NCBI GenBank assembly: GCA_963796275.1
Contig: CAWCKY010000004.1
Location: 96,001-160,000 of the forward strand
Source: an uncultured Acidobacteriota bacterium
GTDB lineage: Bacteria; Acidobacteriota; Blastocatellia; RBC074
DNA length: 64,000 nucleotides
Direction of reading: 5' to 3'
The position numbers and the translations under genes are program-made. Below, in pieces: positions 1 through 10,230 of the stretch (position 1 is the first letter of the stretch; each line of letters starts with the position of its first letter). The notes beneath the pieces are model-generated. The model saw only the letters and a list, made by a program, of their open reading frames with translations, made no database searches and had not been told where the DNA came from.

Positions 1-2
1 AG

Positions 3-2942
3 ACTATTTACGACCAACTCGGAAGAGTCTGGAAGCAGAGTAGGCCTTACCGCTTTGACGAAGAGACACCACAAGAGACGCCCCAATGGAGCATCGTGAC
101 TTATGATTTTCTTGATCGTGCTGTGCAAACCACCGCACCCGACGGCACCAGCATCGTGACCAGACAGTACAACCAGGCTCCGGACCCGTCAGGATCATCA
201 GGCCAGCCAGGGCAGACGATTCGGGTAACGGATCCGTGGGGGCGACAGCGATGGGCACGCTCTGACGCCCTCGGCCGCATGGTCGAGGTTGGCGAACCAA
301 ACCCCGACGGCAATGGTACACTTGCAACCGGCGCGCTGTTCACAAGCTATAGCTATGATGCCCTCGATCGACTGACACAGGTATCTCAGGGATCTCAGAC
401 TCGGACGTTCAAATACGATTCTCTCGGGCGGATGACTCATCAGAAGCTAGCCGAACGAGCTGGAACACTCAATGACGCAGGAGATTATGTTGAGACTGGC
501 ACGTGGAGCGATGTCTTCAGCTACGACAAGCGCTCGAACCTGACTCAGAGGGTGGATGCCCGCGGCGTCAAGACGATTTTCAAGTACAAAGACGAGGAGG
601 ACATTGAGGATCCACTCAACCGGCTGCTGGCTGTGCATTATGACAAGAGCGGAGTGCCAGCCAGTCTAGCGGTCAATATTCCGGATGCATCGGACGTGAG
701 TTATGTCTATATGACCACCGATGATAAGACGCGGCTGAAGAATGTAAATGTTGCTTCGGAAATGGGCGACGAGGAGTTCAACTATGACAACGAGGGGAGG
801 TTGAGCCAGGTCACGCAAACCTTCACCGGGCGCGAGAGCTATCCACTGGTGACGAACTATCTGTGGGACACGCTCAACCGTCTCAAAGAGAAGACCTATC
901 CAATGCAGCACGGGGCCGGTGATATCCGCAAGAAAGTCGAGCAGACTTTTGACAAAGCGAGTCGGCCCGATAGCCTGAAGTTCGGCGGCGTGACCTTTGC
1001 CTCAGACCCGGTCTACAACGCAGCGAGCCAGGTGAACGAATTGGATGTCGGCAGCCAGATCAAGGAAAGCTACGGCTACGATCCGAAGACAGGGCTGCTC
1101 ACATCTCAGTCGGTAGATCGCGGGACTACTGTTATGCTCAAGCTGTCATACATCTACACACTCGTCTTTGATCCGACCAACAGCCTGGCGAAGACAGGGC
1201 AAGTGGTCTCTATCACCGACGTGCAGAACAGCACGCGCAACCGAGCTTTCGAGTATGACAAAGTTGGAAGACTGAAGAAGGTCAAGAATAAGATGAACGA
1301 TCCGACCTGGTATCAGACATACACATATGACCGTTGGGGCAACCGGACGAACGTGGCGAAGACAGGGAATGCGCCGCAGATTCCGCTAGACGGATTGGCG
1401 AGCCTGAGCTACGACGCGACCAACAACCGGATGACAAGTGCGGGGTTCGCGTATGATCCCGCGGGAAATCAGACAAGAGCGGTTATCAACGATAGCGGGG
1501 TGCAACATCAGTATCGCTACGACGAGGCTGGCAGACTCGCTCAGGTGATCGATGGGAGCGGTACGACTGTGCTTGCGACCTACAGTTACGGGGCGAGCAA
1601 TCAGAGGCTGATGAGCGTCGAGAGCGGCGTGACCAAGTATTTCGGCTGGGATGGAGGCCGAATCGAGACCGAGTATGAGGGGTCCGGGACGAGCGGATTG
1701 CTTTGGAAGACTAGCTACGTCTATCTGGGCGGGCGGCTGCTGGCGACGACCAGTGGAAGCAGTGGGACGGAGACGCGGTTCCATCATCCAGACCGGTTGG
1801 GAACAAGACTGGTGACCGATGCGTCTACAGGAGAGGAAGTGACCAGGCAGTTAGTCATGCCGTTCGGGACGATGCAGCCGTATGGAGCGGTTGGCGGAGA
1901 CAACTCGTACCAGAGCCCGACCAAGAGCAATCCATCGCAGAAGAGGTTCACGAGTTACGACCGGAGCGATTCGACTGGACTGGATTATGCGGTGAATCGT
2001 TTCTATAGTTCACAGCAGGGGCGGTTCACGCAGGTCGATCCGATAGGAATGAGTGGGGCGAGTCTGAGCAACCCGCAGAGTTTGAATATGTATGCGTACT
2101 GCGGGAATGATCCGATCAATCTTACAGATCCTGATGGATTGTTCTTTGGAAAGCTGTTTAAGTGGATCGCAAAGATATTCAAATGGATTGCCATTGCAGC
2201 GGTTGTAGCGATCGCCGTTCTAACTGTCGTGCCTGCAGCTTGGGCGGGTACAGTGATGGCCAAAATCGGTATCTGGGCGGCAAAGCATCAGATACTTGCC
2301 TCACTATTGGGGCTTCATACTCCTCAATTTGCAATAGTCAATCTGGCTTCTACAGCGGGGGCAACTGCGGCGGGATTCTGGATTCTCGCTGGGGTCGGGG
2401 CAGTAAATAGTTTTCTACAAGCTGTTGGCAGTGGTAAGAAAGAAAAACTCAGCAAGGGAGACCAAGAAAAATACGATGAGGCAAGAGAAGAGGCTCAGGA
2501 CTTATCTAAAGATTGCAAGACATTCCTTGGTAACGCTTTGGGTAAGATGAACCTTAAAACCGATGACTTGGTTAATGCTATAAAGAAGCAGTTACCGTTT
2601 AGTAAGAATTCAACCATCAATACTGTTACTGCCGGGGTGGTGCCTAGTGGTTCAACCAACCCAGTAATTGCCTCAGTAGCCAAGCTTTCAGTGAAGGAGT
2701 TTTTTGACAAAACAAACCCCGCAGCAGCAACAGGTTTTTTTCAAAATAGCACACTATATGATGTTTATTTTGATTCAGGCTACATTAGCTCACGAAGGAT
2801 TATTCACGAGGCTTTACACTCCATTACCAAATTAAATGACGCAGACCTTGCTGTGAAGCTAGGTAGAAGCAGTCAAGAAAGTTTGCAGGGAAGTGTATGG
2901 ATAAATGATAGATTGTTTAAGTGGGGCTGCGGCTCAGACTGA
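3..2942 (+). CDS. Rhs/YD-repeat polymorphic toxin (5'-truncated by window edge) with C-terminal hydrophobic segment and HExxH domain
   Basis: Frame open from position 3 (TIYDQLGRVWKQ...). Many YD repeats (YDALDRL, YDSLGRM, YDNEGRL). Rhs core end 'RFTQVDPIG...PQSLNMYAYCGNDPINLTDPDG' (DPDG at 2127-2138). The C-terminal part is visibly AT-richer and contains IIHEALH. Confidence 0.95.
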   Translation, partial: TIYDQLGRVWKQSRPYRFDEETPQETPQWSIVTYDFLDRAVQTTAPDGTSIVTRQYNQAPDPSGSSGQPGQTIRVTDPWGRQRWARSDALGRMVEVGEPNPDGNGTLATGALFTSYSYDALDRLTQVSQGSQTRTFKYDSLGRMTHQKLAERAGTLNDAGDYVETGTWSDVFSYDKRSNLTQRVDARGVKTIFKYKDEEDIEDPLNRLLAVHYDKSGVPASLAVNIPDASDVSYVYMTTDDKTRLKNVNVASEMGDEEFNYDNEGRLSQVTQTFTGRESYPLVTNYLWDTLNRLKEKTYPMQHGAGDIRKKVEQTFDKASRPDSLKFGGVTFASDPVYNAASQVNELDVGSQIKESYGYDPKTGLLTSQSVDRGTTVMLKLSYIYTLVFDPTNSLAKTGQVVSITDVQNSTRNRAFEYDKVGRLKKVKNKMNDPTWYQTYTYDRWGNRTNVAKTGNAPQIPLDGLASLSYDATNNRMTSAGFAYDPAGNQTRAVINDSGVQHQYRYDEAGRLAQVIDGSGTTVLATYSYGASNQRLMSVESGVTKYFGWDGGRIETEYEGSGTSGLLWKTSYVYLGGRLLATTSGSSGTETRFHHPDRLGTRLVTDASTGEEVTRQLVMPFGTMQPYGAVGGDNSYQSPTKSNPSQKRFTSYDRSDSTGLDYAVNRFYSSQQGRFTQVDPIGMSGASLSNPQSLNMYAYCGNDPINLTDPDGLFFGKLFKWIAKIFKWIAIAAVVAIAVLTVVPAAWAGTVMAKIGIWAAKHQILASLLGLHTPQFAIVNLASTAGATAAGFWILAGVGAVNSFLQAVGSGKKEKLSKGDQEKYDEAREEAQDLSKDCKTFLGNALGKMNLKTDDLVNAIKKQLPFSKNSTINTVTAGVVPSGSTNPVIASVAKLSVKEFFDKTNPAAATGFFQNSTLYDVYFDSGYISSRRIIHEALHSITKLNDADLAVKLGRSSQESLQGSVWINDRLFKWGCGSD

Positions 2943-2999
2943 ATCAGTGATCAAAGGTGCGTTTCACCAACACATTCATCAATACAAGGAGGGCTAAGA

Positions 3000-3734
3000 A
3001 TGAGAAAGAGCTTCTCTACCATTATTGTTATGCTCAGTATTGGGATGATTGGTTATGCCGGGCAATTGACCGGAACCGTAAGAACCGAAATCGGTAAGCC
3101 GTTAGGCAAGGTCGTAATCTATAGCAGATCTGACGATCAGTATGAAGCTATCGAGAATTTTCTGACTACGACGGACGAACAGGGAAATTTCAAACTTCGC
3201 AATCATGGGAAGGTGGTCTTCTTCCAACTTCCAGGCTTTGAACCGATCGTGAAAGTTCATCAGGATGGTACTGCTCATATTGATGTGATACTCAAATCTG
3301 CAGGAACCACTGAGTGGCTGATTCCGGCGTGTCCCGAGAGATTCGATCCCGGAACATATATCGGGGTTGACAGAATTGGGTACCGACTCCCAATACCAAG
3401 AGGGGTTTTGACCGAAAGGATTAGAGGAGACCATGACCTTTTTTACACCGTTTATTACAGGCAACAAGATCGCAAAGAGTCGTTGGTTTATTACTGGAGT
3501 GTTTATGCAGTCGGTTTTCCTAACGAAAAGTTGATACTTGACTCGACTGAGGTTTCAATAAGGTCTTTCCGGAATGACGAGTTTGGAGGTATAGATATCC
3601 ACGGACGTTTCAAAAACGGGACATACTGGCGTTTTATCGGTAGTGGTGGAACAGAAATATCGTACAAGGGCGTCTCAAAAGAAGCAGCCCATTATTTTGA
3701 CAACATAATTAACGGTATATGTCTCGCAAAGTAA
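3000..3734 (+). CDS. Secreted hypothetical protein, probable cognate immunity protein of the Rhs toxin
   Basis: Immediately downstream of Rhs, AGGAGG RBS, N-terminal signal-peptide-like stretch, N-terminal GTVRT..GKPL...TTTDEQGNF resembling a carboxypeptidase-regulatory-like fold, AT-rich like the toxin tip. Immunity role is inferred from position. Confidence 0.6.
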   Translation: MRKSFSTIIVMLSIGMIGYAGQLTGTVRTEIGKPLGKVVIYSRSDDQYEAIENFLTTTDEQGNFKLRNHGKVVFFQLPGFEPIVKVHQDGTAHIDVILKSAGTTEWLIPACPERFDPGTYIGVDRIGYRLPIPRGVLTERIRGDHDLFYTVYYRQQDRKESLVYYWSVYAVGFPNEKLILDSTEVSIRSFRNDEFGGIDIHGRFKNGTYWRFIGSGGTEISYKGVSKEAAHYFDNIINGICLAK

Positions 3735-3890
3735 GTCTTTTATCGTGCAATTTTCTTTGGCAATGGCCTTTGATTGAGAAGGTTCTTCCCTATTCCCACC
3801 ATCAAGCCCTGCGCGCGCGAGTGGATCCAATGATTGCTTTACGCCACGACTGACCTTTGAACCCATAGTTAGTAAAGTCTGTCTAACCTC

Positions 3891-4772
3891 TCATTTCATC
3901 AGCAAAATTAGATACCAGAGGCGGGCTCCAGAGCTGATCCGCCATATGTGCCAACGGTCCATTTCACGTGCGGCTCGAAGAACCCCTACCAACCGCCTCT
4001 TCTCCCTTCGATCGATACCTTGCAAGAGCGCGGCAGCTTCTTCTTCGAAACCCTCCGGGCAGAGGCGCCGAAAGTTGTGCACGGCCTCAATCAACGTAAT
4101 CAATGCTCCGGAGCGCTCACTCCCCAGGAATGTACGCAGCGCTGCCCGTTTCGCCCTGATCTTATCGTCAAACCCCTTTGCCCCCTTGCCGGCAGCCGGT
4201 ATGAACGCGCCGCGGTAGTAATTCCTCGGCCGAACGCAATGGGGCCACTCTGCGCATGAGGGAAGGTCCTTGTCCTTTCCGCGCGCTTTGGCGACGCGCA
4301 CCTGACCAAGCCCCAGATTCTTTCCCACGAGGTTGCATATGTCCCTAAAGTGCGGGCCGTGCCCTTTGTAAGAGTCTTCCGTCTTTCCCGTGATTTCGTG
4401 ATGGTACTGGTGGATGGTCTCATGGAGAAGAACGTCGCACACGAAAAGCAACCTCCCTTCCGCGTATCGGTCGCCTTTCTTCATCGCTTTGTGCTGCCCC
4501 GTCAGGAGCGTCGGACGGAGACGAATCTGCGAATGTCCGCCGAAGCCGCTCACTGGAGAATAATCTCCGAAATGCTGTGGAAGGGAAGGAGACGCAAGCA
4601 TTATGTAGAGCGGGATCATCGACTCTTCAGCCAATAGATCCTTAGCGTACTTCTCCCACATAACATAGAGGCGGCGCAGGATCGGTCGATAGGCTTTGTC
4701 GGATTGGGAGATCACGAACTCCTGAAATTCTTCCCTGTGTTTTATGTCCGCAGTCGTAAGGCGTGATTTCAT
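3891..4772 (-). CDS. SprT-like zinc metalloprotease
   Basis: VLLHETIHQY...GHGPHF matches the SprT HExxH...HGxxF pattern; GGAGGAGG RBS upstream. Confidence 0.75.
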   Translation of the reverse strand: MKSRLTTADIKHREEFQEFVISQSDKAYRPILRRLYVMWEKYAKDLLAEESMIPLYIMLASPSLPQHFGDYSPVSGFGGHSQIRLRPTLLTGQHKAMKKGDRYAEGRLLFVCDVLLHETIHQYHHEITGKTEDSYKGHGPHFRDICNLVGKNLGLGQVRVAKARGKDKDLPSCAEWPHCVRPRNYYRGAFIPAAGKGAKGFDDKIRAKRAALRTFLGSERSGALITLIEAVHNFRRLCPEGFEEEAAALLQGIDRREKRRLVGVLRAAREMDRWHIWRISSGARLWYLILLMK

Positions 4773-4800
4773 CGCGCACCTCCTCCCGAAAGCGAGGTAA

Positions 4801-4822
4801 ATGTCTCTTGCACGAGAGACAT
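4801..4822. promoter_or_regulatory. Perfect 8-bp inverted repeat upstream of the SprT-like gene (possible operator)
   Basis: ATGTCTCT-N6-AGAGACAT, about 30 bp upstream of the start codon. Confidence 0.3.
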
Positions 4823-4985
4823 CATACTCCCTTTGTCAAATTGGGCGATGCTGGCGAGATGAGCATAAGAGGGTAAGAGGGAGTGGGGCCATCGCAGGCC
4901 TGGCAATGTAGAAGAACGCAATAATCTTTCTGCACTATGATTAGTAAACGAATTATCCTAAGCGTGTGGTTATTCATCAGCGCAC

Positions 4986-5050
4986 GATCACCCCGGCCGT
5001 GTGGTCGCCATTGACGACGGCGATACAATCATCTTACTCGATTCCACCAG
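4986..5050 (+). pseudogene. Relic of a thermonuclease (SNase-like) N-terminus
   Basis: Translates to DHPGRVVAIDDGDTIILLDS, matching the GxVxxxxDGDT motif; no start codon or downstream domain. Confidence 0.45.
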
Positions 5051-5794
5051 GTGTAGTATCTATTGGAATAGTTCCATATGTTGACAAGAGCATGGCTCTG
5101 CGATATAACCTCGGGCCAATTAGCAGTGTATACCCTAATGGCTGAGGACGCTGCTGAATTTAGGGCGCGAAAGCGCCCTATACTCATTTCAGATTCGAAT
5201 CACTATATTCTTCGGACAAGGAGAGGCGCGCCGATATTGGACCGGGACTTCCGACTCGTTCGTGGCCGAGCTCACGGCGTGCGATCAGGTCCTGGCCGAG
5301 TTGAAGATAAATGAAAAAGAAGGACGAAAGACAGCACTCGTTCCAGCCATACATCGCTGCCCCGCGCTTTGGCCACGCGAACTATATGGCATAAATTAAC
5401 ATCGTTGCCATGGGGGTCTACTTTGGCATGCGATGGCGACGGCGCAAGCCTTTTATAACCTTGCCGGACATCAGTGGCAGGGCTTCCCGTAATCACTTAT
5501 TGAAGTTGCCGAGGCTCAATCTCAAAGCCTCAGCTCATCTAGCACCTTCATAGAAACACACCTCTTATACAAGGACGTAAGACAGAGAATTTTATTTGCA
5601 ACATAACCGAGTTATGCTAAAGGTAGGATAGCCACGAGAATTTATTCCGAAAACCATACGCCATGTGGAACTCGTGAATCATATAGTCGGACAGCCATGC
5701 CAATAGATCATATCAGTCTTCATGCAGCCGATTACTAAATCAAAGCAGTTATTATTACGACTTTCTCGCGGCGACCTATAAAGGCGCGGGGTAA

Positions 5795-6445
5795 GTGTTA
5801 TCACGGGACGGGATTGGCGAGCGGGATTTAGGAGTGTGTGTGCCCCGTAAACACAATATAGAGAGTGAGGCCAACGCCACGACGGTCACTGATAAAGGCC
5901 TGATTCTGCGCGTGAGCCATGGCGACGCAAGGGCTTTCGAAACGCTGGTCGATCTCTACCAGAAGCAGGCGTTGCGAATGGCGCAGCGATGTATCGGGCA
6001 ACATGCTGAGGCCGAAGACCTGGTCCAAGAAGCTTTCCTGCAAGTCCACCGGCGCGCTTACCTGTACAACCCTGAGATCGCCTCTTTTAAAACCTGGTTC
6101 TTCTCGATTCTCACCAATCTCTGCCGCAATGCTGTCAGGAGAAACAGGAATCGTACGTTCATCGAACTGTTAAAAGATGCGCGCGCAATTGACGATCTGG
6201 AGGGAGAGCTTGCGCACGAAGAGCGGCGAACTGTCATTGCCGCAGCCATGGCCAAACTGCCGCCCAATCAGCGATTGGCTTTGACCCTGTGCTATGAGGA
6301 AGAGTGCAGTTACGCCGAAACGGCGGCGGAACTGGGCCTTTCGGTCAAGGCCGTCGGGTCGCTGTTGGTGCGCGCGAAGCGGAGGCTGCGGGGGGAATTG
6401 ACAGGGTTGAGAAAAAATACTTTCAACGGAGCGAAGCTTTTTTGA
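5795..6445 (+). CDS. ECF-type sigma-70 factor (start uncertain)
   Basis: Region 2 (AEDLVQEAFLQV...FKTWFFSILTNLCRN) and region 4 (LPPNQRLALTL...SYAETAAELGLSVKAVGSLLVRAKRRLR). Confidence 0.9.
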   Translation: MLSRDGIGERDLGVCVPRKHNIESEANATTVTDKGLILRVSHGDARAFETLVDLYQKQALRMAQRCIGQHAEAEDLVQEAFLQVHRRAYLYNPEIASFKTWFFSILTNLCRNAVRRNRNRTFIELLKDARAIDDLEGELAHEERRTVIAAAMAKLPPNQRLALTLCYEEECSYAETAAELGLSVKAVGSLLVRAKRRLRGELTGLRKNTFNGAKLF

Positions 6446-6541
6446 GTTTGGTGTGTATTACGAGGTGAGGAAAACTAGGAGACTATTTGGTCAATTAATG
6501 GCCATTTATTCTTCGTTAATATAAAGTCACGGAGGATTGAA

Positions 6542-6841
6542 ATGAAAAAGTATAGACTAACAATAGTATTGCTACTTCTCGTCATAACGGCATCAATCAC
6601 GCCATATGGCGGAGTTACGGGCCGCGAGGTAACATTGCCGACAACTAACTTTGTGGAAAACCCCCATAACGCCCCGCCGTGCGAACCTGCCGCGCAAGGA
6701 TGCACGCTACAGGAGGCGTGTACAAACCAACGGAATCCGGCGGTTTGTTGCGAACGGCTATGCACCTACATATGCGAGGACGGATCAGTGACGCTAACGC
6801 GGCAGATTTCAAACACGGGCCCGTGCAAAGCCCAACCATGA
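6542..6841 (+). CDS. Small secreted cysteine-rich protein (8 Cys)
   Basis: GGAGG RBS, MKKYR plus hydrophobic signal peptide, 8 Cys in the last 53 residues including a CC pair. Confidence 0.7.
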   Translation: MKKYRLTIVLLLLVITASITPYGGVTGREVTLPTTNFVENPHNAPPCEPAAQGCTLQEACTNQRNPAVCCERLCTYICEDGSVTLTRQISNTGPCKAQP

Positions 6842-6879
6842 GAGGTGGTAGATAGTCACCCCCACCACAGTACGCGGCG

Positions 6880-7463
6880 GCGCAATGATTGTTCCAGCAT
6901 CGTAATTCATGCCGTCGGACATGGCTGGCGTAAACGATCTCCCCGAAGCGATCGCGATGTGGACGCTTATACGCGCTGCCGCGCGCAACCTCGCCGATAT
7001 GGATTTGAAAGGCCAACTGGCTTACGTGCGGCGAGTCGAGGACCAGCAGCAGACGACCATCAACTGGCTCAACACGCGGATCAGATCGTGCTGGAGACGA
7101 CCATCGCTTATGAGCAAAGTGGCGATCGATCTGACGGCCTATCTGGCGCGACATGAGCCGGATAAATACGTCAAGGATGTTTTTGACTTCGGCCTCCTGG
7201 AAGATTTCGATCACCTCTACCGCTATAGCCAGTTCCTTGATCTGGTCGCGGGCAAGGACCCGAACGAAATCCTACAGGGGAAGACCGACGTCTTCCCGAG
7301 GCGCCCGACGCAGGATAATCACAACGATCCGCTGCTGCGGCTGCGCAAACATTACGAGAAGAACCAGGCCAGTCCGGTATCGAAGGCGCACATCCTGAAT
7401 CTTCCCTTCCGCCGAAACGGAGTAAGTAGGGAGTACATTCCCAGGCTTGATTTAAAGATTTAA
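6880..7463 (+). pseudogene. Frameshifted fragment of a probable ferritin-like/helical hypothetical protein
   Basis: Continuous protein sense needs frame switches (QQQTTINWL / DQIVLETTIAYEQ / VAIDLTAYLARHEPD...LLEDFDHLYRY); E-xx-xH-type metal-ligand spacing; both ends missing. Confidence 0.5.
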
Positions 7464-7519
7464 AACGGTACTCGGCTTACTTATTGTTGGCACTCTGAAG
7501 TTACCGCGACAACGCATCC

Positions 7520-7566
7520 ACAACAAACAGAAAGGCATTCGGGGCGACTGCTTTTCTGTTTGTTGT
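7520..7566. terminator. Long hairpin with 14-bp perfect arms; probable terminator or regulatory stem
   Basis: ACAACAAACAGAAA (7520-7533) pairs with TTTCTGTTTGTTGT (7553-7566). Confidence 0.5.
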
Positions 7567-7602
7567 AACAAAGCCTGAGACTACGACAAGGAGGAACCTG
7601 AT

Positions 7603-8166
7603 ATGACTCGACTGGAAAAAGCGACAAATGTAGCCATCATCGTGGCCTGTACCGTCTTGGTCGGGAACCTGGCCTGGAATTACTACCTCAGCTCAAGACC
7701 CAATCCGAGACTCGCGCCTGAGATCGCGAAAGGGGCCGTGGTCAAGCTGCCCGGCGCGGCCCCCACCAGCCCACAACCTACGCTGGTCCTGGTGCTCTCG
7801 AAGAACTGCCATTTCTGCCAGGAGAGCGTCGGGTTCTATCAAAAGCTGACGGCCTTCAAGAATTCCTCCCCGCAAGGGCTGCGGCTGGTGGCGGTACTGC
7901 CCCAGAGCAAGGAGGAGGCCGAAAGCTACCTCAAAGAACAGAGGATCGGGGTGGACGAGGTGATCTCGATGGATGTGTCGAAGCTGGGAGTGAGAGGTAC
8001 GCCGACTCTGTTGCTGCTGGACGGGAAGCATAAGCTGGAGGAGTTGTGGGCCGGAAAGCTCGATCCCACCCAGGAGTCACAAATGATGGAAAGGCTCAAG
8101 AAGGCTTGCGGCGGCTGCGCGATCCCAGCCGCTATCCTCCTTCCCTCTTTCAGCCCGGGCTGGTGA
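7603..8166 (+). CDS. Membrane-anchored thioredoxin-fold redoxin (TlpA/ResA-like)
   Basis: AGGAGG RBS, N-terminal TM segment, CHFC CxxC motif, cis-Pro loop GVRGTPTLLLLD. Confidence 0.85.
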   Translation: MTRLEKATNVAIIVACTVLVGNLAWNYYLSSRPNPRLAPEIAKGAVVKLPGAAPTSPQPTLVLVLSKNCHFCQESVGFYQKLTAFKNSSPQGLRLVAVLPQSKEEAESYLKEQRIGVDEVISMDVSKLGVRGTPTLLLLDGKHKLEELWAGKLDPTQESQMMERLKKACGGCAIPAAILLPSFSPGW

Positions 8167-8185
8167 AGGCAGCGCTGTGGTTTGA

Positions 8186-8330
8186 TCAAATAGCTAAGGC
8201 TTCTTCTATATATCGTCTGAGTTTTTCTTTTATGCGATATATTCTTATTCTCACCGTGTTGATACTGAGGCCATATTTTTCGGCTATGGCTTTTCTGTCT
8301 TTGATTCCTGCATTCTCCCAATCATCGACC
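8186..8330 (-). pseudogene. C-terminal (region 4 HTH) remnant of an ECF sigma factor
   Basis: RKAIAEKYGLSINTVRIRIYRIKEKLRRYI; no region 2 upstream. Confidence 0.5.
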
Positions 8331-8455
8331 GGTGGATTGCGATCACGGTGTTGCTGATATTGGTGGCGCTCCTGGCGTATTTCATACTGCGCGCATGACA
8401 AAAGTAGCCCCGAGGTCGCGCTTCGGTCTGAATGCCTTTTACAGCTCCTAACATG

Positions 8456-9592
8456 TCAAGCGCCGCTAACCTGCCCCCGGCCAGGAAGCGTGAACCGGAA
8501 AGTTGAGCCAACGCCTTCCTTACTTTCCACAGTCACATTCCCGCCATGCGCCTCGACAAACGTCTTCACGATGGCAAGACCCAGGCCTGTTCCACCTTCC
8601 TTTTCCGGATCGGTTTCTAGTTTGTCGAAGATTATTTCGAGCCGGTCTTCAGGGATTCCAGCGCCATTGTCGCGGACCCAGCACTCGAGGCCGCCTTCCG
8701 CTCCGACTTCTCGCACCCCGATGACGACTTCGCCGCGCGGAGTATACTTAATCGCATTCGCGATCAAGTTCTGAAATACACGCTTCAGTAAACTCGCGTC
8801 CGCGTAAACGGTTAGATCCTCGGGGACCTCGTTGATAAGTTGCGTACTGGAGGTCCCAGCCACAGGATGCAGATCGTAGATAAGGGCCTCGACAAGCGGC
8901 CATAAATCGAACTCACGGCGCTCCAATTTGATGCCGGTCTCAGTTTGGATGTAATCGCTCTCTTTTAGGACCTTATCAACCAACGCTTGAAGACGCTGCA
9001 CGTTACGGTGGAGAGTCTTGAGCATCTGGGCCGTTTCAGCGCTGTCATTTTGCCCAGAGAACGGGGGTTGCAGAACATGCGCGGCAAGGGAGATAGCATT
9101 AAGCGGGCTGCGCAGATCGTGCGCCACAAATGCCAAATACTCTTCACGGCGCCGCTGCATTTCTAGTGCTTGCTGAGTGGAAAATGTCTGGACGGCCAAT
9201 CCGATCGCCTTATCCAGGACGCGATTCAAGATATGGAACGCCTTGCCATCCAGGCTGAGGCCATGGGTTTCGGCGAGATCGTAGATGCAGCCGCGAAGGA
9301 TGTTGTACTCTGCCACAACTTCGATGATGTCGAACCCATCTTGATACCGCTGCATGCCGTGGGCTGGCGAGCTGCCTTCCCGAATCTCTTCCGTGATCGT
9401 TTGATCAGACGCAGAGTGGAATGCGGCGGCCAATTCATCAAGGAGGGTGGGAACCTGATCGTTCAGCGTAGGTGTATCGAGATCCTTCGCTGATGGGAGT
9501 TGCCGCACTTGCTCCCTCCACTGAGAGAGCAAAGCATCGCGCTCATGCTCGATGAGTGTTGCCAGTTCGTTGAGATTCTGAATACTCATCAT
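8456..9592 (-). CDS. Cytoplasmic sensor histidine kinase with RsbRD_N-like N-terminus
   Basis: H-box FVAHDLRSPL, N-box NLIANAIKY, G1 DNGAGI, G2 GTGLGLAIV; N-terminal AHGMQRYQDGFDIIEVVAEY. Confidence 0.92.
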   Translation of the reverse strand: MMSIQNLNELATLIEHERDALLSQWREQVRQLPSAKDLDTPTLNDQVPTLLDELAAAFHSASDQTITEEIREGSSPAHGMQRYQDGFDIIEVVAEYNILRGCIYDLAETHGLSLDGKAFHILNRVLDKAIGLAVQTFSTQQALEMQRRREEYLAFVAHDLRSPLNAISLAAHVLQPPFSGQNDSAETAQMLKTLHRNVQRLQALVDKVLKESDYIQTETGIKLERREFDLWPLVEALIYDLHPVAGTSSTQLINEVPEDLTVYADASLLKRVFQNLIANAIKYTPRGEVVIGVREVGAEGGLECWVRDNGAGIPEDRLEIIFDKLETDPEKEGGTGLGLAIVKTFVEAHGGNVTVESKEGVGSTFRFTLPGRGQVSGA

Positions 9593-10230
9593 ACGTACCT
9601 AATTTCGAACTAAGTGCCATTAATATTGAATATATCATATAAAAAAATATTAAGATTGCCGTGACACCAAGCACTGCGCCACTCTCTATCAGCAGCCCGC
9701 TTTCGCAGAAGCAATCAGTGAGGGTGAAATCGAGAGGAATAGATATTCGCAGAAGCCCAGAGGAGTTGCTTACCATCTTCATAAACAAGATGGCTTCCCG
9801 CGGAGGGCGAGGAAGTGGCCTAGAGCTGCGGGAGTTTGCGAAAAGGCCTCTGGCTTGCCTACCTCGCGTAGCGCTGACCAGAATCTCATATACGATATCC
9901 GCCTGGTCGATGGCGATTCAAATCACGGTAAAAAAAAACCCCTTCTTTAACATACACTATATTCCCTTAGTCCCTTTTAGTTTTTTCATTTCCCCCTCCC
10001 CCCCCCCAACCTATCCCTAAATATATGGGCCCCCACGTCTCTATCCCTCTCTCCTTGTTTTAATTCCCCCCCCCCCCCCCCCCCTCCCCTCTTCGACCTC
10101 ATTTGCCAGACGGCACCGGGCTTGACCTCTTCTTCTGACGTCCGAGCTGCCGACGGATTGTGTTCGCGTATCGTATCGTAGTTCGACAGAACTAGGTGAT
10201 AGCCTTTTACTCCTATTTGCCCATTTTGCG

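Noticed and set aside
5380-5440. TGGCA motifs as sigma-54 promoters (also at about 7487 and 27407)
   Set aside because: None has the required GG-N10-GC spacing.
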